Shown: in pieces, positions 19,961-28,531 of the stretch
Numbering within the stretch: the first letter of the stretch is position 1
How the letters are laid out: every line of letters begins with the position of its first letter
Assembly (NCBI GenBank): GCA_965221905.1
Contig: OZ244922.1
Coordinates: 1,920,001-1,984,000, forward strand
Length of the DNA: 64,000 bases
Direction of reading: 5' to 3'
Source: Chloroflexota bacterium
Lineage (GTDB): Bacteria > Chloroflexota > UBA11872 > VXOZ01
Translations under genes and position numbers: made by a program
Notes under the pieces: generated by a model
Seen by the model: only the letters and a program-made list of their open reading frames with translations
Database searches by the model: none
Told to the model about the DNA's origin: nothing

Positions 19961-20228
19961 GCTCTGCCCTCGCTCACGCCCAGTCGCACTGCTCTCTTTG
20001 AAGTCTTTGGTGGCGGTCCGCGTCTGCAATCGTCTCGTCAAGTAAGGCTGCCGTTCAGTGCTGCTGTTCAAGTGTCCAATTGCGGTGGACTCATTGGGAG
20101 AGACAAAGGTTGCGAGATCGCACTGGAGCGATGATGCCTTTGGGGCGGTTTGATGTACAACTCTCTAATAAGCACTCTGGAATCTGTCCGTAACTGTGGA
20201 AGAGCTTCAATCTCAAGGTCAGACGGCA

Positions 20229-20687
20229 GTGAAAGACGCCGACGGTTATAGCATCAGACCGGCGGCTTATGGCGATGTGCACTCAGTCCTGGAGTTGTCG
20301 CGACTTTGGGCTGATGAAGACTGCACGACCGGCTATGTCGCATGTGCGGCTGAGCATCTTCAACCCTGGCTTGATGGAGGCTTTTTCTTCGTTGGTGAAT
20401 TTCTGGGCGAAGTAATTGCCTACGCTGCGGGAGTCGTGAAACTCGGGAGAGGCGCAATTTTCGAGCCCGAGGGCGAGCGCTACTTGAATGTCGATGAGGT
20501 CTTTGTTCATGCCGACCACCGTGGCAAGGGCGTTGGAATGCAACTGATGCAGGCCCTTCTGCATAGATCGGAATCGGACGGTGTTGTGCGCTCCATGGTA
20601 GGCTCGAACAATGTGGACTGGCTATCCACATTTCAGCTCTATGAGCGGCATGGCTATCGTATGCTCTCAATCCAGATGAGCAAGTAG
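20229..20687 (+). CDS. GNAT family N-acetyltransferase
   Basis: VFVHADHRGKGVG acetyl-CoA motif, LYERHGY; start uncertain. Confidence 0.82.
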   Translation: MKDADGYSIRPAAYGDVHSVLELSRLWADEDCTTGYVACAAEHLQPWLDGGFFFVGEFLGEVIAYAAGVVKLGRGAIFEPEGERYLNVDEVFVHADHRGKGVGMQLMQALLHRSESDGVVRSMVGSNNVDWLSTFQLYERHGYRMLSIQMSK

Positions 20688-20851
20688 TCGCAACCAATAC
20701 ATTGCAGACCGACCGCCTCACAATGGCGGATTGAAATACCCAATGCATGATTGGCCTCTCTTTTTTGCATGGGGCTCGCGGCGACTGGTCAAACGTGTTT
20801 CTGGGAGATTTACCGTACTAGGCGGCAGCAAGGTTTTGGAGGAGGAAACCG

Positions 20852-22351
20852 GTGAAGGCATCGATCAGCTTGGATCTCGATCACCACGTTGGTGAGATCG
20901 ACCCGCGCATCTTCAGTGGATTCTTGGAGCACTTGGGCCGGGCGGTGTACAAGGGGATCTTCGATCCGGAGAGTCCGCTGAGCGATGCCAATGGATTTCG
21001 CACAGACGTGGCTGCTGCGCTTCGGAAGCTAGCCATGCCGTACGTTAGGTATCCGGGCGGCAATTTCGTGAGCAACTACGATTGGCGCGATGGCGTGGGG
21101 CCGCGAGACGAGCGACCCGTCCGACCGGACTTCGCGTGGAAGAGCATCGAACCGAACACATTCGGTGTCGATGAGTTCATACGCTGGTGTCGCTGGATCG
21201 ACACAGAACCGATGATGGCGGTTAATCTCGGCACCCTGGGACCCCGCGACGCGGCGGAACTGGTCGAGTACTGCAATCTGCCGGGAGGGACACATTGGTC
21301 GGATGCGCGTAAAGACAATGGGAGCGCCGATCCCCATGGGGTCAAGCTCTGGTGTCTGGGCAATGAGATGGACGGCCCTTGGCAGGCAGGCCACTGCTCG
21401 GCCGCTGATTACGCGGTGAAGGCGCAGCAGGCCGCCCGCCTGATGCGCGGCATCGACCCCGCCATAGAGCTTGTGGCGGGCGGCTCATCCAGTCGCAGAA
21501 TGAATACATACTTGGAGTGGGACCGCGTCGTGCTCGAAACCTGCTGGGAGGACGTCGAATACATCTCCGCCCATCGCTACAGCCGTAATACCGAGGATGA
21601 CAGCGCGTGGTTCCTGGCCGAGGGCGTGGAAATAGACCGTGTCTTGAACGACTATGCCGGTCTCCTCGCCTACGTGCGCGGCGTGAAGAAGAGCGAGAAG
21701 CGTATCTCCGTGGCCTTCGACGAGTGGAACGTCTGGTACAAGGACAGGGAAATAGACGGGTCCTGGACCCACGCGCCGCACTTGATTGAGGAAGTCTACA
21801 ACCTGGAGGACGCACTGGTCTGCGCTCAGTTCTTGAATAGCTTCATCCGCCATGCCGATACGGTGAAGATCGCCTGCATCGCGCAGATCGTCAACGTTAT
21901 AGCGCCCATTCTGACAAGGCCGGACAGCCTGCTCATCCAAAGCATCTACTATCCACTGCAGCTCTTTTCGCAGCACGCGCGGGGCACTTCGCTAATACCA
22001 ATCATCGAGAGTCCCACCTACGCGGCCGGAGCTAGGGGGGAAGTACCGATGTTGGACGTGTCTGCGAGCTACGATGTTGCAAGTGATTCCGTTTGCGCTT
22101 TTATCGTCAATAGAAGCCTCTCAGAAGATGTCGACGTCCAGGTGTCCTTTGGAGACCGCCGAGCCAAGCCCGACCTCAAAACTACCGTGCTCACCGGCAA
22201 CGACCCCAAGGCCCACAATACGTGGCAATGGCCGGACGTGATCGGGCCTGTTTCCGGCATCTCCACCGTGGATGCTAACGGACAGGTACATGTGGTGGCT
22301 CCGTCGCTTGGGCTTACAGCTATTCGAGCGCAGCTTGAAAGGCGAGGATAG
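20852..22351 (+). CDS. abfA: Alpha-L-arabinofuranosidase (GH51)
   Basis: FLEHLGRAVY, RYPGGNF, WCLGNEMDGPWQ, FDEWNVWY, AQIVNVI; SD GGAGGAGG. Confidence 0.93.
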   Translation: MKASISLDLDHHVGEIDPRIFSGFLEHLGRAVYKGIFDPESPLSDANGFRTDVAAALRKLAMPYVRYPGGNFVSNYDWRDGVGPRDERPVRPDFAWKSIEPNTFGVDEFIRWCRWIDTEPMMAVNLGTLGPRDAAELVEYCNLPGGTHWSDARKDNGSADPHGVKLWCLGNEMDGPWQAGHCSAADYAVKAQQAARLMRGIDPAIELVAGGSSSRRMNTYLEWDRVVLETCWEDVEYISAHRYSRNTEDDSAWFLAEGVEIDRVLNDYAGLLAYVRGVKKSEKRISVAFDEWNVWYKDREIDGSWTHAPHLIEEVYNLEDALVCAQFLNSFIRHADTVKIACIAQIVNVIAPILTRPDSLLIQSIYYPLQLFSQHARGTSLIPIIESPTYAAGARGEVPMLDVSASYDVASDSVCAFIVNRSLSEDVDVQVSFGDRRAKPDLKTTVLTGNDPKAHNTWQWPDVIGPVSGISTVDANGQVHVVAPSLGLTAIRAQLERRG

Positions 22352-22595
22352 GTGCAGAAGTCGCGCACTAGCTAGTTCTGTGAATAGCTCTTCATTCCGT
22401 GGCCTAGCCCTCCAGTACTAGAGGGAACTCTGAGTCCACACACATAAAATACGGTAAGGAAATGGTATGTCTATGGACATTACCAGCGTCAACTGCTGTG
22501 CATGATTGAAGAGCGAACTCAATCAGCTTCATTCATGTGTATTGTCGCAACTAAGAGTGAAAACTAGAAGGGCCGACCAGAGCAATGCGGCAAGA

Positions 22596-24410
22596 CTACT
22601 CCTGATACCACGACGCCTGTTTACTGTAGAGATCGGCATATGTTCCGCCCTGCGCCATGAGCTGCGCATGGCTGCCCTCTTCCAGGATAGAACCGTTCTC
22701 GAGTACGACTATGCGATCAGCCATTCGGACGGTTGAAAAGCGATGGCTTATAAGTATAGTGCTGCGACCCTGGGTTAGTTCCTTGAACTTCTGATAGACA
22801 TCGTATTCGGCCTGCACATCGAGTGCAGCCGTGGGCTCGTCCAGGATCAGGATCTGAGCATTTCGGAAGAAGGCGCGAGCCAGCGCCAGCTTCTGCCACT
22901 CCCCAATCGAAAGCTCCGAGCCCTCCTCAAATTCCCTCCCAAGCTGACTATCGTAGCCCTTTGGCAATCGAGATATAACTTCATCAGCGCCGCCCTGCTC
23001 GGCGGCTCGCATAATTGCCGGACGGTCCTCTGCACGCTCTAAATTAGCAATGCCTATGTTCTGTGCTGCGGTGAGGTGAAATTGGGCGTAGTCCTGAAAG
23101 ACCGCAGTAATATTCTGTCGCAGGTCGGTCAGGTTGTACTCGCGCATATCAACACCGTCCAGATAAATTCCGCCATGTGTGGGATCGTAAAGGCGGCATA
23201 GCAGCTTGACCAAGGTCGTCTTACCGGCGCCATTGTGTCCGACTAAGGCGACACTCTCACCCGGCCCCACGCGAAAGCTCACGTCCTTAAGCACTGTCCG
23301 CTTCGTTCCGGGATATGTGAATGACACATCCTTTACCTCTATCCCCTTGTGCAACGGCTCAGGAACGGGCCTGCCGGTCCCCTCCGCAACCGTCATCGGG
23401 GGCTCCCGATCCAGAAAGTCAAGCAGGTGGGAAACATGGAGCTGACACGTATGCACCGTGCCGGCAACCTGTAGCAGCCGATAGAATGTCTGCTGAACTA
23501 AGAAGATGACCCCAACGTAGAGCACGAGTTCACCGGGACTAATCTCCCCGAGAGCTGCCCGCCACACCGTATAGACGAGGACTGCGCCTGCTGTTGCAGG
23601 GGACATCATGGTGAGCAAGGTCACAATTCTGGCCTGACGGCGGCGGAAACTCTGTACCAGCTTGTACGACTGCTGGAATACGTCCCGGTATGAATCGATA
23701 AAGAACCCGCCAAGCCCAAATAGACGAACTTCCTTCGCAGCGTCCTGGGTGGTGAGCACCTGCGCGTAATAGTCCAACTTGCGTTGGTAGGGAGCTTGCG
23801 ATCGAAACACGGTGGTATTTTCTACTCCTAGCCTCAGGTGCGCGAGATACGAAGGAATGGTGGCGAGAAACATAATGATTGCCGCTATTGGGTGCGACAG
23901 TGAAAGGGTGCCAAACAGAAAGACAACTACGACAATATACGCAAGCAACTGTTTCGCTGTCATAAAGAGCCGCTGCGCCCATATATCCGTCGCCTGCCTT
24001 GCCGTCTGCAACTGGTCGTAAAACCTAGGAGATTCGAAAAGCGTAAGGTCCTGGATAGAGACGGCTTTCTCCATGAGTCTCGTCTGCAAGGCGAACTGTA
24101 ATCGATCAATCTGACCGGGTACGACGACTTCATTTGCCCACGTTGCGAGATAACTAATCATTCGGTAGATGACAAGCAGCAGTGCCACCAATACTGCCAT
24201 TCGCACCTGATTGGCAATAACGGCGTCAACGAGAAACTTCATAAACCAAACGCTGAGTGGTTCGAGCGTGGCCATGAGGAGGTCAAGCACTATTATGACG
24301 GCAGTGTGACCGGGTGCAGCCGCGGTAAAGAGCCGCATACTGGGCACGACTCGGCCATATTCCCCGAGGTAGCCCTTTAGTTTTTCGACGTTAAATTTGG
24401 CTATGTCCAA
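22596..24410 (-). CDS. ABC transporter fused permease/ATP-binding exporter
   Basis: N-terminal TM domain, KEVRLFGL, GHNGAGKT, LSIGEWQ, ILDEPT, ISHRF. Confidence 0.92.
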   Translation of the reverse strand: MDIAKFNVEKLKGYLGEYGRVVPSMRLFTAAAPGHTAVIIVLDLLMATLEPLSVWFMKFLVDAVIANQVRMAVLVALLLVIYRMISYLATWANEVVVPGQIDRLQFALQTRLMEKAVSIQDLTLFESPRFYDQLQTARQATDIWAQRLFMTAKQLLAYIVVVVFLFGTLSLSHPIAAIIMFLATIPSYLAHLRLGVENTTVFRSQAPYQRKLDYYAQVLTTQDAAKEVRLFGLGGFFIDSYRDVFQQSYKLVQSFRRRQARIVTLLTMMSPATAGAVLVYTVWRAALGEISPGELVLYVGVIFLVQQTFYRLLQVAGTVHTCQLHVSHLLDFLDREPPMTVAEGTGRPVPEPLHKGIEVKDVSFTYPGTKRTVLKDVSFRVGPGESVALVGHNGAGKTTLVKLLCRLYDPTHGGIYLDGVDMREYNLTDLRQNITAVFQDYAQFHLTAAQNIGIANLERAEDRPAIMRAAEQGGADEVISRLPKGYDSQLGREFEEGSELSIGEWQKLALARAFFRNAQILILDEPTAALDVQAEYDVYQKFKELTQGRSTILISHRFSTVRMADRIVVLENGSILEEGSHAQLMAQGGTYADLYSKQASWYQE

Positions 24411-24656
24411 TTTCCCTTACCGACAAAAATGCGAGGTAGCGATTTACATAAGAATAGAAGCAAAGATAACACGGGTAAAACTCATAGTCAGCGCTAGGAA
24501 TGTGAGTCTAATTCCCCAATTTGGTTTCGGCAACACATGGGACAACGGTCATGCTCTCATCCCATCCAATAATGAGAGCGTGGCGCTTGCCAATCGCCTC
24601 CTTCTCATGATACAGAAGAGATGCGAACGTGCAAGGAATGGCACTAAGAGGAGACT

Positions 24657-25031
24657 ATGTCGAGATCTATTCGCATTCGCTGTGGCGAACTGAAAGCCGT
24701 AGCAACACTCAATGACTCATCCTCTGCCCAGGCTATTTGGGAAGCGCTGCCGCTTGAAGGGGGCGCCAATGTCTGGGGTGATGAGATATACTTCCGCATA
24801 CCGGTGGCGCTTGCGGAAGACGAGGCTCAGGAGGTGGTGGAGTTGGGCGATCTCGGCTACTGGCCGCCCGGCAGCGCCTTCTGCATCTTCTTCGGCCCGA
24901 CACCTATGAGCCGCGGCAACGAGATACGGCCCGCCTCGCCCGTAAACGTCTTTGGGAAGATTGACGGCGATGCGACCGCCTTCAAGCGCGTGTCCAGCGG
25001 CACACAGGTTCTGATTGAGCGTATAGAATAG
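24657..25031 (+). CDS. Cyclophilin-like fold protein (TM1367/DUF369-like)
   Basis: WGDEIYF, GDLGYWPPGSAFCIFFGPTP, PASPVNVFG. Confidence 0.85.
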   Translation: MSRSIRIRCGELKAVATLNDSSSAQAIWEALPLEGGANVWGDEIYFRIPVALAEDEAQEVVELGDLGYWPPGSAFCIFFGPTPMSRGNEIRPASPVNVFGKIDGDATAFKRVSSGTQVLIERIE

Positions 25032-25081
25032 ACCCACTTACTTCCCTAAGATCAAACACAACATTAACAGGAGGATGATCC

Positions 25082-25915
25082 ATGGCGTACTCATTAGAAG
25101 ACGAATTTGGCGACATAATTGGTAAGGCGCGGCGGGGACTGGGGTTGAGTGTCGCTGCCGTGGCGAAGCAGGTGGGCGTCAGCGTAGGTGAGATCGAAGA
25201 AATGGAGAGTTATGCGCTTACGCCCGATCAGGCAGTCATAGACCGGCTTGCTGCCGAGCTTGGACTTCAGGAAGCACGCCTCGGCGCAATCGCCCGCGAA
25301 GAGTGGGAGCCCGTCGCCAGCGACTTCATGGCGAGCGATGACATAGCGATAGAGCGCTTCCTGGTTGAAGAGTACAACGCGAACGTCTATCTACTGCATA
25401 ACAAACGCACGCAGACTGCCCTGCTGGTAGATGCCGGCGGACTTGGTGAAGCTGTCGTGCAACGCGTCCGGCAGGCTGGAGTGCAGTTGCTGGCCATTCT
25501 AATTACGCACGGCCACAGCGACCATACGGACGACGTCGGCACAATCCGACAACAGACCGGCGCAGAAGTCTACGTACATGCCTCCGACGTAGGCATCAAC
25601 CAAGGTAAGTTGGGTGCAGACGTGCAGTCATTGCAGGGAAACGAGACTCTAGCGTTTGAGGGCTTTTCGGTAAGAGTCATGCCAACGCCGGGCCATACAG
25701 CCGGGAGCGTTACCTACGTGGTCGGAAGTGCGGCGTTTGCGGGCGACACGCTGTTTGCCGGTTCGATGGGGCGCTGCACCTTGGACTACGCCAGTATGCT
25801 TCAGGCAATTCGCGACCGGGTCCTCACCCTATCCCCCACTATAAAGCTCTTGCCCGGTCACGGCCCGTCGACGACGGTACAGGAAGAGCGGGACCACAAC
25901 CCATTTCTCGGCTGA
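25082..25915 (+). CDS. MBL-fold metallohydrolase with N-terminal XRE-type HTH
   Basis: LEDEFGDIIGKARRGLGLS HTH region; THGHSDH, TPGHT, GDTLF, PGHG. Confidence 0.9.
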   Translation: MAYSLEDEFGDIIGKARRGLGLSVAAVAKQVGVSVGEIEEMESYALTPDQAVIDRLAAELGLQEARLGAIAREEWEPVASDFMASDDIAIERFLVEEYNANVYLLHNKRTQTALLVDAGGLGEAVVQRVRQAGVQLLAILITHGHSDHTDDVGTIRQQTGAEVYVHASDVGINQGKLGADVQSLQGNETLAFEGFSVRVMPTPGHTAGSVTYVVGSAAFAGDTLFAGSMGRCTLDYASMLQAIRDRVLTLSPTIKLLPGHGPSTTVQEERDHNPFLG

Positions 25916-26252
25916 AGTGCTGCGCATCCCTGAGCGCCCATAGGAGCGTAGCGATCGCCTACGTGACAACGCCTTGGTTTCCGAATTCCTGAAGGAAAGG
26001 GAAACCAAGTGGATAGCGGCGCTATCAGGCTGAGTCATTTCCTGGAAGTGAGCATAATCGGCCTCACCAAGGCAATTGGTAACGTACCCAGGGGAAATCT
26101 CTATGGCGTCCGCTTGAGATCGTTACTCGCGAACGCCAGGTGTGCTTCTTCTCCAAGCGCCCTAAAGCCCGTCATGTCGATGGAATTCAGAGATTTACAT
26201 ATCTCTAGCGCAATGTAGTCTCGCGTACAAAACTCCGCGGCGGGGCATGATA

Positions 26253-26271
26253 TGCTCACATTAGGTGAGCA
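26253..26271. promoter_or_regulatory. Palindromic operator candidate upstream of the Crp/Fnr gene
   Basis: TGCTCAC-ATTAG-GTGAGCA inverted repeat. Confidence 0.35.
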
Positions 26272-26324
26272 AATAACGTGAAGCCCGAATATTTTCCGAA
26301 CCGGTACACGAATGTACTTGCATT

Positions 26325-27077
26325 ATGAGAAATCACCGCGCATCTCCCCCGGCAACCGGCATTCCGCAACGGATGCTTGAGAACGGTCGGCTGGGCCTCT
26401 ACAACCGCACCCTTTCCTGCATTGCAAAGATAGACATCTTTGCAGACCTTCTGCCCCATGAGATCAGCGAGATTGACCACTCCAGCGCAACGGTGAAAAT
26501 CAGCAAGGGAGGGGTGATCTACACGCCGGAGAAGAGTCGAGAGGTGCTCTTTCTGATAAAGGAGGGCCGCGTTCAGCTTTACCGTGTCTCGTTTGAGGGC
26601 CGCAAGCTTGTCTTGGCTATGCTGGGGCCGGATACATTCTTTGGCGAAATGCCGCTCTTTGGGCAAGCAATGGGGGATTCGGTTGCACAGGCAGTGGACG
26701 ACGTGGAGTTATGCACGCTTGGCCGCACGGAAGTGGAGCGTATCCTCACGACTTATCCCCGCATTGGATTGCGCCTCATTCAGGTGCTCAACGAACGACT
26801 CCAAGAGGCCGAAGAACGTTTGCATGAGAGTGCATTCATGACGATGCCCGCCCGCATTGCGGCACTGCTCCTGCGCCTTGCAGAGGACTCCAATGAGATT
26901 GAGGGACTCACCCATCAGGATCTGGCGGACATGCTTGGCGTCTATCGCGAGACGGTAACGGCGACGCTGGACAAGCTGAAGCAGGATGAAATGCTTGAAA
27001 TTGGCCGCAAGCGCATAACTCTTTCCAACCGTTCAGCACTAGAGTATTTGATACACGGCCCATCGCACAGCATTTGA
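26325..27077 (+). CDS. Crp/Fnr family transcriptional regulator
   Basis: cNMP domain (LIKEGRV, FFGEM), HTH LTHQDLADMLGVYRETVT; start may be further downstream. Confidence 0.92.
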   Translation: MRNHRASPPATGIPQRMLENGRLGLYNRTLSCIAKIDIFADLLPHEISEIDHSSATVKISKGGVIYTPEKSREVLFLIKEGRVQLYRVSFEGRKLVLAMLGPDTFFGEMPLFGQAMGDSVAQAVDDVELCTLGRTEVERILTTYPRIGLRLIQVLNERLQEAEERLHESAFMTMPARIAALLLRLAEDSNEIEGLTHQDLADMLGVYRETVTATLDKLKQDEMLEIGRKRITLSNRSALEYLIHGPSHSI

Positions 27078-27094
27078 AAAGGAGATGAACTACG

Positions 27095-28315
27095 GTGAAT
27101 CGAGTATCAAGAAGGGTCATGAATCGACGAAACCTCCTCTTGACAGCCGGCACTGCTGCAGTAGGTATTCTGGCTGTAGCGGCCTGCGGGCAGATGGCAG
27201 AGGAGACCACTGTAGAGCCGACGAGCCCACCCGCCGTTACGCCGGAAGCCGAAGCCGTTCAGCCTTCGCCGACTCCCCAGCTCAACTTCTCCACGTATGG
27301 TTGGCGGACGGATTTTTCTAAGCATAGCGTGCCCTTGAGCGAGATTAGCTCCGGCGGCCCTGGAAAAGACGGCATTCCGCCGATTGACGAGCCGAAGTTC
27401 ATTACGGCTGATGAGGCCGCAGCATACCTCGGCGACCGCAAACCGGTTGTGGCGGTTGAGGTCAACGGTGAGGCGAAGGCCTATCCGATTGAGATCCTGG
27501 TGTGGCACGAAATCGTAAACGACACAATTGGCGGCGTACCGGTCACAGTGACGTTTTGCCCGCTCTGCAACACCGCCATTGCCTTTGACCGCCGACTTGA
27601 TGGAACCACCTATGACTTTGGCGTCAGCGGCAATCTGCGCTACAGTGACTTGGTTATGTACGATCGCCAGACTGAGAGCTGGTGGCAGCAGATTACGGGA
27701 AGGGCCATCGTAGGCGAACTGACCGGCAAGAAGCTGACCGCGATTCCGGCTGCAATGGTTTCGTTCGCCGACTTCCGCGGCACGCACCCGGAGGGCCAGG
27801 TGCTTTCGCGCGATACAGGCCAAGTTCGAGCATACGGACGTAACCCGTATCCCGGCTACGACGACATTTCTCGATCGCCCTTCCTCTTCTTTGAAGAGGT
27901 GGACGGTCGCCTGCCCGCCATGGAGCGGGTGGTAACAGTGACTTTGAACGGTGAAGACGCTGCTTACCCCTTCAACGTGCTCGCGGCGCAGAAGGTGGTT
28001 GAAGATACCGTTGGCGGGGAGCCAATTGTGGTCTTTCACCAACCCGGGACTATCTCTCCCTTTGCACGTAGCGAAGAGGACATTGGCGCCGCCGGGGTCT
28101 TTGCGCCGACGCTCGACGGCAAGACCTTGAAGTTCAACGTCACTGACGACGGGACCATCGTGGATACGGAAACGCAGTCGCAATGGAACGTCCTCGGCCG
28201 CGCGATTGCCGGCCCTCTGACCGGCAAACAGCTTCAATCCATCGTGAACGGCAACCACTTCTGGTTTGCCTGGGCCGTCTTCAAGCCCGACACCCGCGTC
28301 TTTAGTCTGCCGTAA
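27095..28315 (+). CDS. DUF3179 domain lipoprotein, Tat signal
   Basis: RRNLL..VAAC; GGPGKDGIPPID, WHEIVND, FCPLC, MYDRQTESWWQQ, FWFAW. Confidence 0.88.
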   Translation: MNRVSRRVMNRRNLLLTAGTAAVGILAVAACGQMAEETTVEPTSPPAVTPEAEAVQPSPTPQLNFSTYGWRTDFSKHSVPLSEISSGGPGKDGIPPIDEPKFITADEAAAYLGDRKPVVAVEVNGEAKAYPIEILVWHEIVNDTIGGVPVTVTFCPLCNTAIAFDRRLDGTTYDFGVSGNLRYSDLVMYDRQTESWWQQITGRAIVGELTGKKLTAIPAAMVSFADFRGTHPEGQVLSRDTGQVRAYGRNPYPGYDDISRSPFLFFEEVDGRLPAMERVVTVTLNGEDAAYPFNVLAAQKVVEDTVGGEPIVVFHQPGTISPFARSEEDIGAAGVFAPTLDGKTLKFNVTDDGTIVDTETQSQWNVLGRAIAGPLTGKQLQSIVNGNHFWFAWAVFKPDTRVFSLP

Positions 28316-28351
28316 CGATCCTTCATTTATCCTCCCGCCTAATGAACCAAC

Positions 28352-28377
28352 GACGACCGTGAGAAATCACGGTCGTC
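28352..28377 (+). terminator. Hairpin downstream of the DUF3179 gene
   Basis: 11-bp stem GACGACCGTGA/TCACGGTCGTC with GAAA loop; weak U-tract. Confidence 0.55.
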
Positions 28378-28531
28378 TGCTATTAGGTTGCCCAAGTCTG
28401 TCATGCCAAGTTGGTTTGTGATTGTAGTATACTGACCGCACTTAGAATTACTCTCAAGTGAGTGATAGAGAATGAATGATGCTCAAGTGTTGGCGGCAAG
28501 GGAGAATTTTCCCGCGCTGGCAGGAGAAAGA

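Noticed and set aside
14998-24600. Possible genomic island integrated at tRNA-His
   Set aside because: Accessory-looking genes follow, but I saw no integrase and no duplicated tRNA 3' end.
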